Shown piece by piece: positions 1 through 8,390 of a stretch of 64,000 bases of DNA. Origin of the DNA: a virus; IMG/VR virus record IMGVR_UViG_3300036399_001951, positions 1 to 64,000 of that record. One strand, given 5' to 3'. The notes under the pieces are model-generated. The model did no database searches. It saw only the letters and a program-made list of their open reading frames with translations, and was not told the origin of the DNA. Position 1 is the stretch's first letter; each line of letters starts with the position of its first letter. A program made the position numbers and the translations under genes.

Positions 1-342
1 TTTTTCTGGATAAGGAAAATCATCACTAGTTAATTCGATCTCTATATCTTGAAAACTTATTTTAGGAATATTATCAAAATCATAGATTATATCCATTTCG
101 TCTTGACTCAATTTATCTATTATCAATTCCTCAATTCTAGTTCTAGAAAGCCACATTGGATCGGATTTAGCAGCCTTTATATATTTTCCGTCCCAATTTT
201 TATTAATAGTTGGACGGTCGGATTCTATCCAATTAAATATCTCAGATTCTGGAATTCTTTTTCTAATAAAGTCTATCTTACCGGCACTGTTATAATAAGA
301 AATCATTAATTCATTACCTTGGACCTCTACTCCTATTATCAT
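1..342 (-). CDS. Family B DNA polymerase, N-terminal/3'-5' exonuclease part (partial, runs off the window; not in the ORF track)
   Basis: Manual translation from ATG at 342: MIIGVEVQGNELMISYY...PKISFQDIEIELTSDDFPYPEK. ExoI-like DIE...FP.P motif as in T4 gp43. ATGA overlap with the upstream gene's stop. Confidence 0.7.
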   Translation of the reverse strand, partial: MIIGVEVQGNELMISYYNSAGKIDFIRKRIPESEIFNWIESDRPTINKNWDGKYIKAAKSDPMWLSRTRIEELIIDKLSQDEMDIIYDFDNIPKISFQDIEIELTSDDFPYPEK

Positions 343-551
343 AGATTAGGTTTAAACATTTCGTTAATATGATGACATTTTGAACAGACTATAACAGGAA
401 TAGGAGTAATACTATCTCTATCAGATCCTGTTAAAAATCTAGATATCTTTTTAAGCATTATTTTTTCTTCAAATATTAAAGACTCGCAATTTTCACATTT
501 AATGTCTTCAGCTTCCTTTAAGTTAACGTTTAGAGCAGGTTGATTTTCCAT
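339..551 (-). CDS. Small zinc-ribbon protein
   Basis: CENC...CSKC motif pairs. The start at 551 (MENQPAL) avoids overlapping the dUTPase gene. Confidence 0.7.
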   Translation of the reverse strand: MENQPALNVNLKEAEDIKCENCESLIFEEKIMLKKISRFLTGSDRDSITPIPVIVCSKCHHINEMFKPNL

Positions 552-564
552 ATTTTTGATTATT

Positions 565-1032
565 TTAATATCCTCGAGCTTGTCTGTCTCGATTCTCTTC
601 ATTTTTTGACATATACATGTTATACATTTCCTGAGGAGTCATTCCGATTGAAATTGCATAATTCATAAAGAAATGAAGCATGTCAATAATTTCAAATTTT
701 GCCTCAAGTTGATCGCTTTCAGAAAGATCAGAAAATTTCATACCACTATACTTTCCAAAATCCTTCTTCCAATACTTCCAAATAGCATTTCCACTGCCGT
801 CTTTAATTCCACCTAAAGCATCGGTTGCTTCGTGAATTTCATCTACCATTGCGTGAGTATTTGCATGCCAAAAGGACATGATTTCACGAAGACTCATGTT
901 ATCAAAATTCCATCCATAAACATTAACTTGGGTATCTTTTTGGATAGCCATAATGTCGCCTAAGGTATCTTTACTTTTTGAATATAGATCCTCAATCTTA
1001 AGATCGGCGCAAGTATTATCAGTGTTTGCCAT
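565..1032 (-). CDS. Dimeric all-alpha dUTPase/dCTP pyrophosphatase (T4 gp56-like)
   Basis: DEIHE, WKYWK, FEIIDMLHF and C-terminal KNEENRDRQARGY motifs. Confidence 0.8.
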   Translation of the reverse strand: MANTDNTCADLKIEDLYSKSKDTLGDIMAIQKDTQVNVYGWNFDNMSLREIMSFWHANTHAMVDEIHEATDALGGIKDGSGNAIWKYWKKDFGKYSGMKFSDLSESDQLEAKFEIIDMLHFFMNYAISIGMTPQEMYNMYMSKNEENRDRQARGY

Positions 1033-1117
1033 ATATTGTTTATTTTATTATACTTAAAATCTATCCCGAGGATCTTTAATTTTGCATATTTTTTGGATTT
1101 ATTATGTAATGTTTAGA

Positions 1118-1125
1118 ATAAATAA
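1118..1125 (+). promoter_or_regulatory. Putative late promoter (ATAAATAA)
   Basis: Variant of the T4 late promoter TATAAATA, 20 nt upstream of the sheath gene. The same motif recurs before other structural genes. Confidence 0.55.
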
Positions 1126-1145
1126 TAAAAAATATCTTTAAAGAA

Positions 1146-4106
1146 ATGGCTGAAAGAACGATCAATTTAAATAATTACAAGTCCAGCGGAGTATACATCG
1201 TTGAGATTGATCAAAGCGAGAACGTAGCCCTTCCGTTAACTACAGGAAGACTTATTGTTGGATCAAGTAAAATCGGTCCATTTAATACTGTTGTATTAAT
1301 TAATGACTTGAGAACATTAAGAGCTGTCTTTGGTGACATTGATCCTAAATTAGAAAAGAATGGAAGCTACTTTCATCGATCAATTGAAACTGCCCTTAGA
1401 GAAGGTCCAGTTTTTGCATTAAACGTTTTACCTATTGACGATGAGGAAGATCCACTATTAAATAAGGATGCTGTGTTTTTTACTACATTTAATACCGAGG
1501 CATCTTCAAATAATTCAGATTTGAATCCTATTAAAAATCCTATTATTGACTTCTTTAATAAAAGAAGACTTTGGTTTGCAAGTTCAGATCAATTAAACCG
1601 AACTAAAAACTTGGCCTTAGGTGATGACTTTGTTACTAATCCAGGTGGATTTGGTTTGGTTTCAATTGAATCTAATAAAATCTTATCGTTTGTTAACACT
1701 GGCAAAACTAATGTTACAGTTTGGACTAGAAGAGCTTCTGTTACTGGATTTGATGTAACGGCAAAAGAATGGTATAACACCCTAGGAGGAGAGGAAAATC
1801 AATTCCCTACATACGTTCACCCAGATGATTTTATTTCAGATTATATGGTTGAGGTAATTATTGTTTCAGGAGACTTTACTAATTATTTAAAACTAGCAAA
1901 TGATCCAGTTTATGGTCAATTCTTTAATGAAGCAGGTTTAATCAACAATAGATCAAGCGATTTCTTTGCATTAAGAGAAGTAAAAGTAATTAACCGAACA
2001 ATTGGTTGTTTGATTCCTAACTTCTTAGATCAAAGTGGTAATAGTATTTCTATCGATAGATTAGTTAATAGACTATTTCCTGTAACTGGAATTGTATGCG
2101 CTCTTGATGAAAATAAATTAGATTTAATTGATTTAGATAATACTGCATTCAATGATGTTGAGGTAGATACTCATAGAATTGATTTAGTTGGACACGGCTT
2201 TGATGAACTTGCTTATGCTGCAGATGATGGTGGATATGACACTAATGGAACAACATTAGTTGCGGCTACTCCACTTATTGACTTATTGAGCTACTCTAAA
2301 CCAGCTGATGATAGTCTTATTTTTGAAATAACGAGCGGAGAAACTGAAGCTGATTTCTTAGGAGCAATCATTCCTCCCGTTCTAGGAGAGACATATATCA
2401 TAAATTCTCCGATTTTTGGAGATCCGTATATTATTGCAATGGCAGATAGCCAATTATATAAATCATATGCAAATGGATTTGTTAGAAATGGAGACATAGT
2501 TGAAGGTACACCTAACTACTATTTAAAAATCCAAGATGGTTTTGTAGTAACCGTGAGTGGGAATGATTTAAAATACATTAAATTGTTTGTATATTCAGAT
2601 AATACCCTATTAAATCAAGAAGATGTTAATAATATCGCATATAACGGTGTAACTGGAGAATATATAAAAATTAATATCGAATCTGGAGCAAACTTTAAAA
2701 GAACATTTAGTTTGACAAATACTAACTTCTTTACTTATTATTCAGTAACACAGCCTAATAAGATTAAATTAGGTATTAATACCGCAAACATTGCGAATAA
2801 GGCTATAATTGATGAATTTATTAAAGTTAATCATTACATTAAAGCAAAAGTAAACGGAGATACTAGAGAGCGTTTATTAAAGATCATCGCAGTTACAGCT
2901 AGCGAAACTTTGAGCCCATATTCATTAGAATATAATGTAACAACTATGGCTCCTAGCGTAGATGAAATTTCCGGATTAGATGTTACTGGAAATAACCTTA
3001 AAGTTTATAAAGGAATTTATAACTTTGTTGGGGAAATCAAAGGACAATATCTTAAAGGATTTAAGGTTAGAGATGAAATCTTACCTAACTCAACTGCAGC
3101 TAGACAAACTAGTATCTTAGCATACTTATTTGAGAAAACGTCTATTCCTCAAGCACTCGCTGGAAAAGAGCTTATTGATTTCAGATACGTAGTAGATACA
3201 TATGAAGGAGAACTAGGGAGTAATTCTAAGTACTATCTTGCTAAATTAGCTGCAATGCACGGGCAAGTAATGGCAATTTTAAATAGCCCATCAGTTGAAC
3301 AATTTGAAAAATCGGTTGATCCTTCGTTCATTGATTCAACTAATAAATTATTTTCAACTAGATTAGTTTCAACAGGTGGAGACTTAGATTTAAATCCTAG
3401 CTTTACATTTAAATTTGCAGAAGAAGATATTAATGGAATTCCACTTTCTTCATACGCTACCTATTATTTTCCTAATCTTATTATTAGAAATGGAAATAGG
3501 AACATATCTGTTCCACCAGCAGCATATATTTCAAATCTATATGTGAAGAAATTTAAGAACGGTACTCCTTTCTTAATTGTTGCCGGAGGTAAACGAGGAG
3601 TTTTAAACGATCCTGAATTAGTAGGACTAGAGTATGAATTAACTGACGAGGATAGAGATTATCTAGAGCCAGTTGGACATAACCTATTAGTTAAGCGTAG
3701 AGGATTTGGAACCCTATTGTTATCAAATAATACAGGATATCAAAGAGTTAATTCAGCATTGAATAACGCTCACGTAAGAGATAACTTATCTACAATTGAA
3801 AGAGACTTATCTAGAATCTTATTTAATTTCTTATTTGATTTTAATGATGAGATTACTAGACTTAGAGTTAAAACAGTTGTTGAAAACTACTTAGATGCAG
3901 TTGTTAGTGCACGTGGATTAAATACATACCAGGTTATTTTTGATAGCTCTAACAATACTAATGAGGTAATTGAAAATAATGCGGCAATCATTGATATTAT
4001 CGTTGATTTTCCAAGAGGAATTCAAAAATTCATCAACCGAATTACTATTACAAGAGTTGGAGGACAATTAAGTTCTGATTCTACTGGATTTACACCAAGT
4101 TTCTAA
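1146..4106 (+). CDS. Contractile tail sheath protein (gp18-like), 986 aa
   Basis: N-terminal SGVYIVEIDQS and GPFN motifs. C-terminal VPPAAY, AGGKRG, FDFND..TR, NNTNEVIENN motifs of Phage_sheath_1C. Confidence 0.9.
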   Translation: MAERTINLNNYKSSGVYIVEIDQSENVALPLTTGRLIVGSSKIGPFNTVVLINDLRTLRAVFGDIDPKLEKNGSYFHRSIETALREGPVFALNVLPIDDEEDPLLNKDAVFFTTFNTEASSNNSDLNPIKNPIIDFFNKRRLWFASSDQLNRTKNLALGDDFVTNPGGFGLVSIESNKILSFVNTGKTNVTVWTRRASVTGFDVTAKEWYNTLGGEENQFPTYVHPDDFISDYMVEVIIVSGDFTNYLKLANDPVYGQFFNEAGLINNRSSDFFALREVKVINRTIGCLIPNFLDQSGNSISIDRLVNRLFPVTGIVCALDENKLDLIDLDNTAFNDVEVDTHRIDLVGHGFDELAYAADDGGYDTNGTTLVAATPLIDLLSYSKPADDSLIFEITSGETEADFLGAIIPPVLGETYIINSPIFGDPYIIAMADSQLYKSYANGFVRNGDIVEGTPNYYLKIQDGFVVTVSGNDLKYIKLFVYSDNTLLNQEDVNNIAYNGVTGEYIKINIESGANFKRTFSLTNTNFFTYYSVTQPNKIKLGINTANIANKAIIDEFIKVNHYIKAKVNGDTRERLLKIIAVTASETLSPYSLEYNVTTMAPSVDEISGLDVTGNNLKVYKGIYNFVGEIKGQYLKGFKVRDEILPNSTAARQTSILAYLFEKTSIPQALAGKELIDFRYVVDTYEGELGSNSKYYLAKLAAMHGQVMAILNSPSVEQFEKSVDPSFIDSTNKLFSTRLVSTGGDLDLNPSFTFKFAEEDINGIPLSSYATYYFPNLIIRNGNRNISVPPAAYISNLYVKKFKNGTPFLIVAGGKRGVLNDPELVGLEYELTDEDRDYLEPVGHNLLVKRRGFGTLLLSNNTGYQRVNSALNNAHVRDNLSTIERDLSRILFNFLFDFNDEITRLRVKTVVENYLDAVVSARGLNTYQVIFDSSNNTNEVIENNAAIIDIIVDFPRGIQKFINRITITRVGGQLSSDSTGFTPSF

Positions 4107-4127
4107 AACTTAAGTATTGATAAAAAG

Positions 4128-4154
4128 AAAAGGAGGCAATTTGCCTCCTTTTTT
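4128..4154. terminator. Bidirectional rho-independent terminator
   Basis: AAAAGGAGGCAA-T-TTGCCTCCTTTTTT inverted repeat with T tracts on both strands, between convergent units. Confidence 0.85.
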
Positions 4155-4167
4155 GTTTTAGTATTAA

Positions 4168-4327
4168 AGATGATAAATGACTTTATCAGGAATCTCGCTC
4201 AGAGGTTATCATACTAAGATAACTTGGCTTCACACACCATTAGAGAGCTGAGTATTTCTACTTATCCTTAGTGGGTACCCTTGCGAAACGTCTCTCCACG
4301 CTTGCCATTCTACGCATTGTATCATCT
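4168..4327 (-). ncRNA. Putative ~160-nt structured ncRNA (unassigned)
   Basis: Closing helix AGATGATA/TATCATCT, extended by AATG/CATT. Internal TGGAGAG/CTCTCTA, AGTA-GAAA-TACT GNRA hairpin and GTTATC/GATAAC hairpin. GC-richer than its flanks. Confidence 0.55.
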
Positions 4328-4333
4328 CCATTG

Positions 4334-4417
4334 TACTCGAAGAGAGACTCGAACTCTCACAGCCGTCTGGCCAACAGATCTTAAGTCTGTCGTGTCTACC
4401 GATTCCACCATCCGAGC
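4334..4417 (-). tRNA. tRNA-Leu (anticodon TAA), class II, CCA not encoded
   Basis: GCTCGGA TGGTGGAATCGGTAGACAC G ACAGA CTTAAGA TCTGT, long variable arm, GAGAG TTCGAGT CTCTC TTCGAGT A. Confidence 0.95.
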
Positions 4418-4491
4418 ATTAATACACATCTGTTGGCGACCGGGTATCCCAATCCTTTTATTTCCAACAAATGCTAATGATTTAATAAAAA

Positions 4492-4915
4492 GTGAAAGAA
4501 GGTATAGAAGGATTACAGAATACCTTCAACTTGGTCGTTTGCTATATTTTTCCCACTGCATCCTAAAATTTCTGTCGAAACTTAACTCAGTCTAAGCTTG
4601 CGCTCGCTAAGACCATTGTTAAAACAGCTACCTTATTTAGGACCACCTTATCTCACAAACGAGAAAATTATTCGGTCATAAAACGGGACTTATTTTTTTA
4701 CCCGTAAGTGGTTTACAAATCTGTCTATTTTTGTATATCCAAGAACACAAATTCTAGAAGCTATTCTAGTTCAGCTCTTCTATTTAGAAGAGGACCCCGA
4801 CTAAAGGGCGTATCTGCGGCCCATCGGCCTAACTTGTTCCATTATGGGCTTTGCTGACCCATTATTCTGGTATATACCAAACGTTTTTTACCCGTCGGTT
4901 TAAAACGCCTTTCAC
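4492..4915 (-). ncRNA. Putative large (~424 nt) ornate structured ncRNA (unassigned)
   Basis: Terminal helix GTGAAAG/CTTTCAC, second closing helix GGTATA/TATACC, at least 6 internal hairpins including a GCAA tetraloop. No credible ORF. Promoter-like motif upstream, tRNA downstream. Confidence 0.65.
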
Positions 4916-4920
4916 AATTA

Positions 4921-4971
4921 TCAAAGAACTTTCTTATTTTTATATATACAGCAAAATTATTAAAAAGTTTT
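4921..4971 (-). promoter_or_regulatory. Putative promoter (AAAAC-N18-TATATA) followed by a boxA-like GTTCTTTGA
   Basis: Same architecture as other minus-strand promoters in the window. GTTCTTTGA resembles rrn antitermination boxA. Confidence 0.45.
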
Positions 4972-4985
4972 TAAAAATTAACTTT

Positions 4986-5219
4986 TTATTTACTTTCGCT
5001 ATGGTTTAATGGATAATTTCTAAGTAAACACTTTAATTTATCCTGGGCTTCTGTTAATTTTGCCAATGCATCTTCGGCATTTTTATAAAAATCATCAGTG
5101 CTATGATCCCCAATTCCAGCCGGATGATCGCTTAATAATTTTAGAGTAAGCTTAGCTTTAGAAACATCTGCGTCACATGATGATTTTAACATGTCAAATA
5201 ATTCAGAATTCATTTTCAT
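4986..5219 (-). CDS. Hypothetical phage protein (HPAGIGDH motif)
   Basis: 77-aa helical ORF, co-oriented with its neighbours. Confidence 0.7.
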   Translation of the reverse strand: MKMNSELFDMLKSSCDADVSKAKLTLKLLSDHPAGIGDHSTDDFYKNAEDALAKLTEAQDKLKCLLRNYPLNHSESK

Positions 5220-5235
5220 CTTTATTTTGTTTTAT

Positions 5236-5535
5236 TTATTCAAACTCATCTAATTCTACGTCTTTAACGTCATCTAGAACTGCCATAATTTCGTTTGCCA
5301 TAATCATATAATGAAGTTCACCTTTATAAGTGAGCTCAGCTCCAGCAAACCTATTGCAAATTACTAGGTCTCCGGGTTTAACGATCATAGGATTATGTTG
5401 ACTTCCGTCTCCACAGGCAACTACTGTGCCAATATTAGGTCGCTTAACGACTTTGTCAGGCAGAAATATTCCGCCAGCTGTTTTAGTTTCTTTTTTCTGA
5501 GGTTTAATTAAAACTCTTTCATATAAAGGTTTCAT
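5236..5535 (-). CDS. groES: Co-chaperonin GroES
   Basis: MKPLYERVLI, mobile loop KTAGGIFLPD, GTVVACG, VKPGD motifs. Confidence 0.95.
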   Translation of the reverse strand: MKPLYERVLIKPQKKETKTAGGIFLPDKVVKRPNIGTVVACGDGSQHNPMIVKPGDLVICNRFAGAELTYKGELHYMIMANEIMAVLDDVKDVELDEFE

Positions 5536-6668
5536 ATTATAGAAGGATTATTTTTTATGTTAATTAATTTTTTAAAGTTGAATTTTTTAAATTCAGAGGG
5601 GTTTATCTCTTTTAATGAATCTAACACCTTTTCTGGAAAAAGAGAAGAAGATAGTCTTATTATCTTTGAATTAAATAGAAAATGCTTCCTAATTTCTGTT
5701 AATTTATCAATGTCATTTACTTTATTTAGGATACTTATTTTTTGAATAACAAAGTCTATAAATTTACTATCTGACAAATCCAATAGTTTTATTGATTCTT
5801 TTCCGTATTGATCCCTGATCTCACCTATTAATCTCTCGGACTTACTAGGAGTCATCTTATCCATTTTAGGAATATTATCTTTACCATCACCTCTAAATAT
5901 TTTATTGAATACTTCATAAACTGGGTCTATTTTATATTCAACATAGTCTTTGTTTTTTAGAGTAGTAACTATGTAATTGATCGGATTGCTAACTATATGA
6001 GAGTCGTCCAAAGAAAAGAAATTATCTACTTCATCTACAGCAGAACTTGGATTCAAACAATCTGATATACATAATTTTTTATGGCCAGAAGTTTGTTTAG
6101 GATATATTATAATCACATTATTCTTTTCAGAATGTGTTAATTGTCGAATATCACCATCTACGGTATAAATTAACGCATCAGTGTCTATTATTTCACATAG
6201 ATACGCAATTATATCATCACCTTCAGTTCCCCGAATTCTATAGTAGTTTACCCCACATAAATCTATTAATTTCTTAGATATTTCATTCTGAAAATAATCA
6301 AAGAATAGATAAATGTGATCGTCCTTTTTTCTATTTCCCTTGTATTTAAATTTCTCAGGTGCAGAATCAGTTTTAAAGTCTTCGTTTTCGAAGAAATCAT
6401 TTATATATTCTTTTCTCCAACTGGAAGAATCAAATACTAAATGCACCCGATGTATTTTACTACTAACGGGTGCAATTAGAGAATTTAAATAGTTTATGCA
6501 GAAATTTCTAAATTCTAACTTAACTTGTTCTTTTAAAATGTGTTTCCCTTCATTAAAGATGTCGTTGACATAATATTTGGCACCTACAGTTTTATCTCTA
6601 AAACATATATTTTTAGTGACGTTTATCGCAACGTTTAAATATGCATTTCCATCGATAATAAAGTCCAT
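5532..6668 (-). CDS. RNase H / 5'-3' exonuclease (T4 rnh, FEN-like)
   Basis: IIDGN, VFD..SWRK, YKGNRK, EGDDII, DGDIRQL, GDGKDNIP acidic motifs. Confidence 0.85.
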   Translation of the reverse strand: MDFIIDGNAYLNVAINVTKNICFRDKTVGAKYYVNDIFNEGKHILKEQVKLEFRNFCINYLNSLIAPVSSKIHRVHLVFDSSSWRKEYINDFFENEDFKTDSAPEKFKYKGNRKKDDHIYLFFDYFQNEISKKLIDLCGVNYYRIRGTEGDDIIAYLCEIIDTDALIYTVDGDIRQLTHSEKNNVIIIYPKQTSGHKKLCISDCLNPSSAVDEVDNFFSLDDSHIVSNPINYIVTTLKNKDYVEYKIDPVYEVFNKIFRGDGKDNIPKMDKMTPSKSERLIGEIRDQYGKESIKLLDLSDSKFIDFVIQKISILNKVNDIDKLTEIRKHFLFNSKIIRLSSSLFPEKVLDSLKEINPSEFKKFNFKKLINIKNNPSII

Positions 6669-6955
6669 TATTGATCACTTGTTTCTTTAGAATTTTTAGA
6701 AGATTTTTTGATCGTTTTAATAGCTTTTGCAATTAATTCAGATTCGTCTAGATTATAAATTCCTTTAGACTGAGAATAATTACATCCTGCCATGAGAACA
6801 AAAATTGATTGATTAAGATCTAAATTTTCTAAGAATTTATCATATTCTTCTTGATCAACATATGAAATTGCTCCTAATAAAACGCTTGCCTTTTCTGGAG
6901 ATTTTTGAGTTTCCTCTTTAATTACTTCAGCTTCGCTTATTTTTTCGTTATTCAT
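6668..6955 (-). CDS. Hypothetical protein
   Basis: 95-aa ORF translationally coupled to the RNase H gene. Confidence 0.7.
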   Translation of the reverse strand: MNNEKISEAEVIKEETQKSPEKASVLLGAISYVDQEEYDKFLENLDLNQSIFVLMAGCNYSQSKGIYNLDESELIAKAIKTIKKSSKNSKETSDQ

Positions 6956-6969
6956 GATTTTTTATTTTT

Positions 6970-8007
6970 TTAGAGACCTTTAAATAATTCATCGTATTCG
7001 TCATCACCTTCTCCGGATTGTGCATCAACCATTTTTAATTCATCATTAAAAGGTAGATCGTTTGCATCTGATTTAAAGATTAAATCATCTTCATCAGTAG
7101 TTAAATCTTCCTGTTTAGCAGACTTAGCTGGAGAAGGAGTACCTGAAATTTTAGATTTAATCAATGATTTCATTTCTTCATCCTTGCTTCTTTCAAATAA
7201 TAAGTTTAAAACTGATTTATTTGTAATGATTGACACAATAGCCTCGGCTACTTTTTCCCTTGTCTCATCCGTCCAAGCCTGGTGCAAATAAGAATCCATC
7301 TCAGGGGTATTCTTTTTCATAAATTCTTGAACTAATTTAACTGATTTCTCATTGTTTTCAACCGAAATCTGCTTGTCTCCAATCTTGAAGATTAGAGGAG
7401 TAGTTTCATCCATGAATTTTGACTTGCTCCAATCTCTATACTGGCGAGTCTTTTTTCCAACTACACATAAAAAGTCTTTACCTTCTAATAAGTGATAAGG
7501 ATTAACCGAAGAAACTGATTCAAGTAAATCGTTTTCTTCAGGATTAATTTGAGACTCGATCAAGTTATTAATTTGAGCAGAGAATTTAAAAATCTTAATA
7601 GATCCTTCTAATTCAGGTCTCTGTGGATCCTTTTTAATGTAAACTGGAGAATGATGAGTATGCCATCTAGAAAAAGAAGATTCTAATTGTTTGTGCAATT
7701 CAGGTTCTTCTTCCTTTAAAGATTTAATTACTCTCTCAAGATCCCAAAGAATAGATGGTTTCTCGATGTTCGATGGACAATCAACATAAAGAGATTCCTT
7801 AGTCAGTGGATTATAGAATTTAGCGCTATACTTAGTATATTTGCTAAGAGACTTATCATGCACGTAAGGAATAAATCTAAATACTGATTTATAAGATCCA
7901 TTATATGCATCAGGATCTGGATTGTAGATGTTTTGATCTACTTTCTTCCCATTTTGGGCAGAAGATTTTACGAAGTTTTCTTTCGGTAAGTCAAAGAAGT
8001 CAGTCAT
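6970..8007 (-). CDS. Single-stranded DNA-binding protein (T4 gp32-like)
   Basis: FRFIP, DCP, IKKDPQRPELEG.IKIFKF, NPYHLLEGKDF motifs; acidic C-terminal tail DDEYDELFKGL. Confidence 0.85.
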   Translation of the reverse strand: MTDFFDLPKENFVKSSAQNGKKVDQNIYNPDPDAYNGSYKSVFRFIPYVHDKSLSKYTKYSAKFYNPLTKESLYVDCPSNIEKPSILWDLERVIKSLKEEEPELHKQLESSFSRWHTHHSPVYIKKDPQRPELEGSIKIFKFSAQINNLIESQINPEENDLLESVSSVNPYHLLEGKDFLCVVGKKTRQYRDWSKSKFMDETTPLIFKIGDKQISVENNEKSVKLVQEFMKKNTPEMDSYLHQAWTDETREKVAEAIVSIITNKSVLNLLFERSKDEEMKSLIKSKISGTPSPAKSAKQEDLTTDEDDLIFKSDANDLPFNDELKMVDAQSGEGDDEYDELFKGL

Positions 8008-8042
8008 TTTTTAAGATTTTTTTTAAGATTTATTTTAAGATT
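8008..8042 (-). repeat. Three tandem AATCTTAAAA repeats directly upstream of the SSB start codon
   Basis: Minus strand reads AATCTTAAAATA AATCTTAAAAAA AATCTTAAAAA ATG. Confidence 0.7.
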
Positions 8043-8082
8043 ATACTAAAGATTTTAAAAATATTAAGATAAAAATTAGAAA

Positions 8083-8343
8083 TTATGCTCCTAATTCTTC
8101 TCTTAAACTTTTAGCTGAGTTTGAAAGATCGCTCATTTTGGTTTTAACGGTTGGCATGTGAATTGATTTTCTAACCAATTGTAAAGACTTTCTAAGTCTA
8201 CCGGCAGCGCTTCTAACTCCTTTTTCATAGAATTTATCAACGTCTCCGCTTTCTTCCATTTGATTAATTAGGGATTCGATTTCACCAAAAATTTCCTTTT
8301 TAGTAGCCTCGACTTGGCTTTTAAAATTTTCAAAACTGTTCAT
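8083..8343 (-). CDS. Histone H1-like (Bacteroidota Hc1-type) small basic protein
   Basis: DVDKFYEKGVRSAAGRLRKSLQ resembles the KFYEKGNKAAGTRLRK motif of Bacteroidota histone H1-like proteins. Confidence 0.6.
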   Translation of the reverse strand: MNSFENFKSQVEATKKEIFGEIESLINQMEESGDVDKFYEKGVRSAAGRLRKSLQLVRKSIHMPTVKTKMSDLSNSAKSLREELGA

Positions 8344-8362
8344 AATTCATTATTTTTATAGT

Positions 8363-8390
8363 ATTATACCTAGAATTATGAACTGGTTTT
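8363..8390 (-). promoter_or_regulatory. Putative early/middle promoter AAAAC-N17-TATAAT
   Basis: The motif recurs with 17-18 nt spacing upstream of several non-structural genes. Confidence 0.55.

Noticed and set aside
49-309. Plus-strand 86-aa ORF
   Set aside because: Antisense shadow of the minus-strand DNA polymerase N-terminus (1-342).
4270-4333. Theta (HDV-like) ribozyme at the tRNA 3' end
   Set aside because: I could not build the nested double pseudoknot starting at the tRNA end; the region pairs into a larger 160-nt fold instead.
4281-4595. 104-aa plus-strand ORF
   Set aside because: Overlaps tRNA-Leu and the structured RNAs; TTG start and atypical composition.
4492-4915. RNase P RNA, tmRNA or group I intron identity for the large RNA
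   Set aside because: No GAGGAAAGUCC/P4 signature, no tRNA-like ends with a T loop, no recognisable P7 core and no interrupted host gene.
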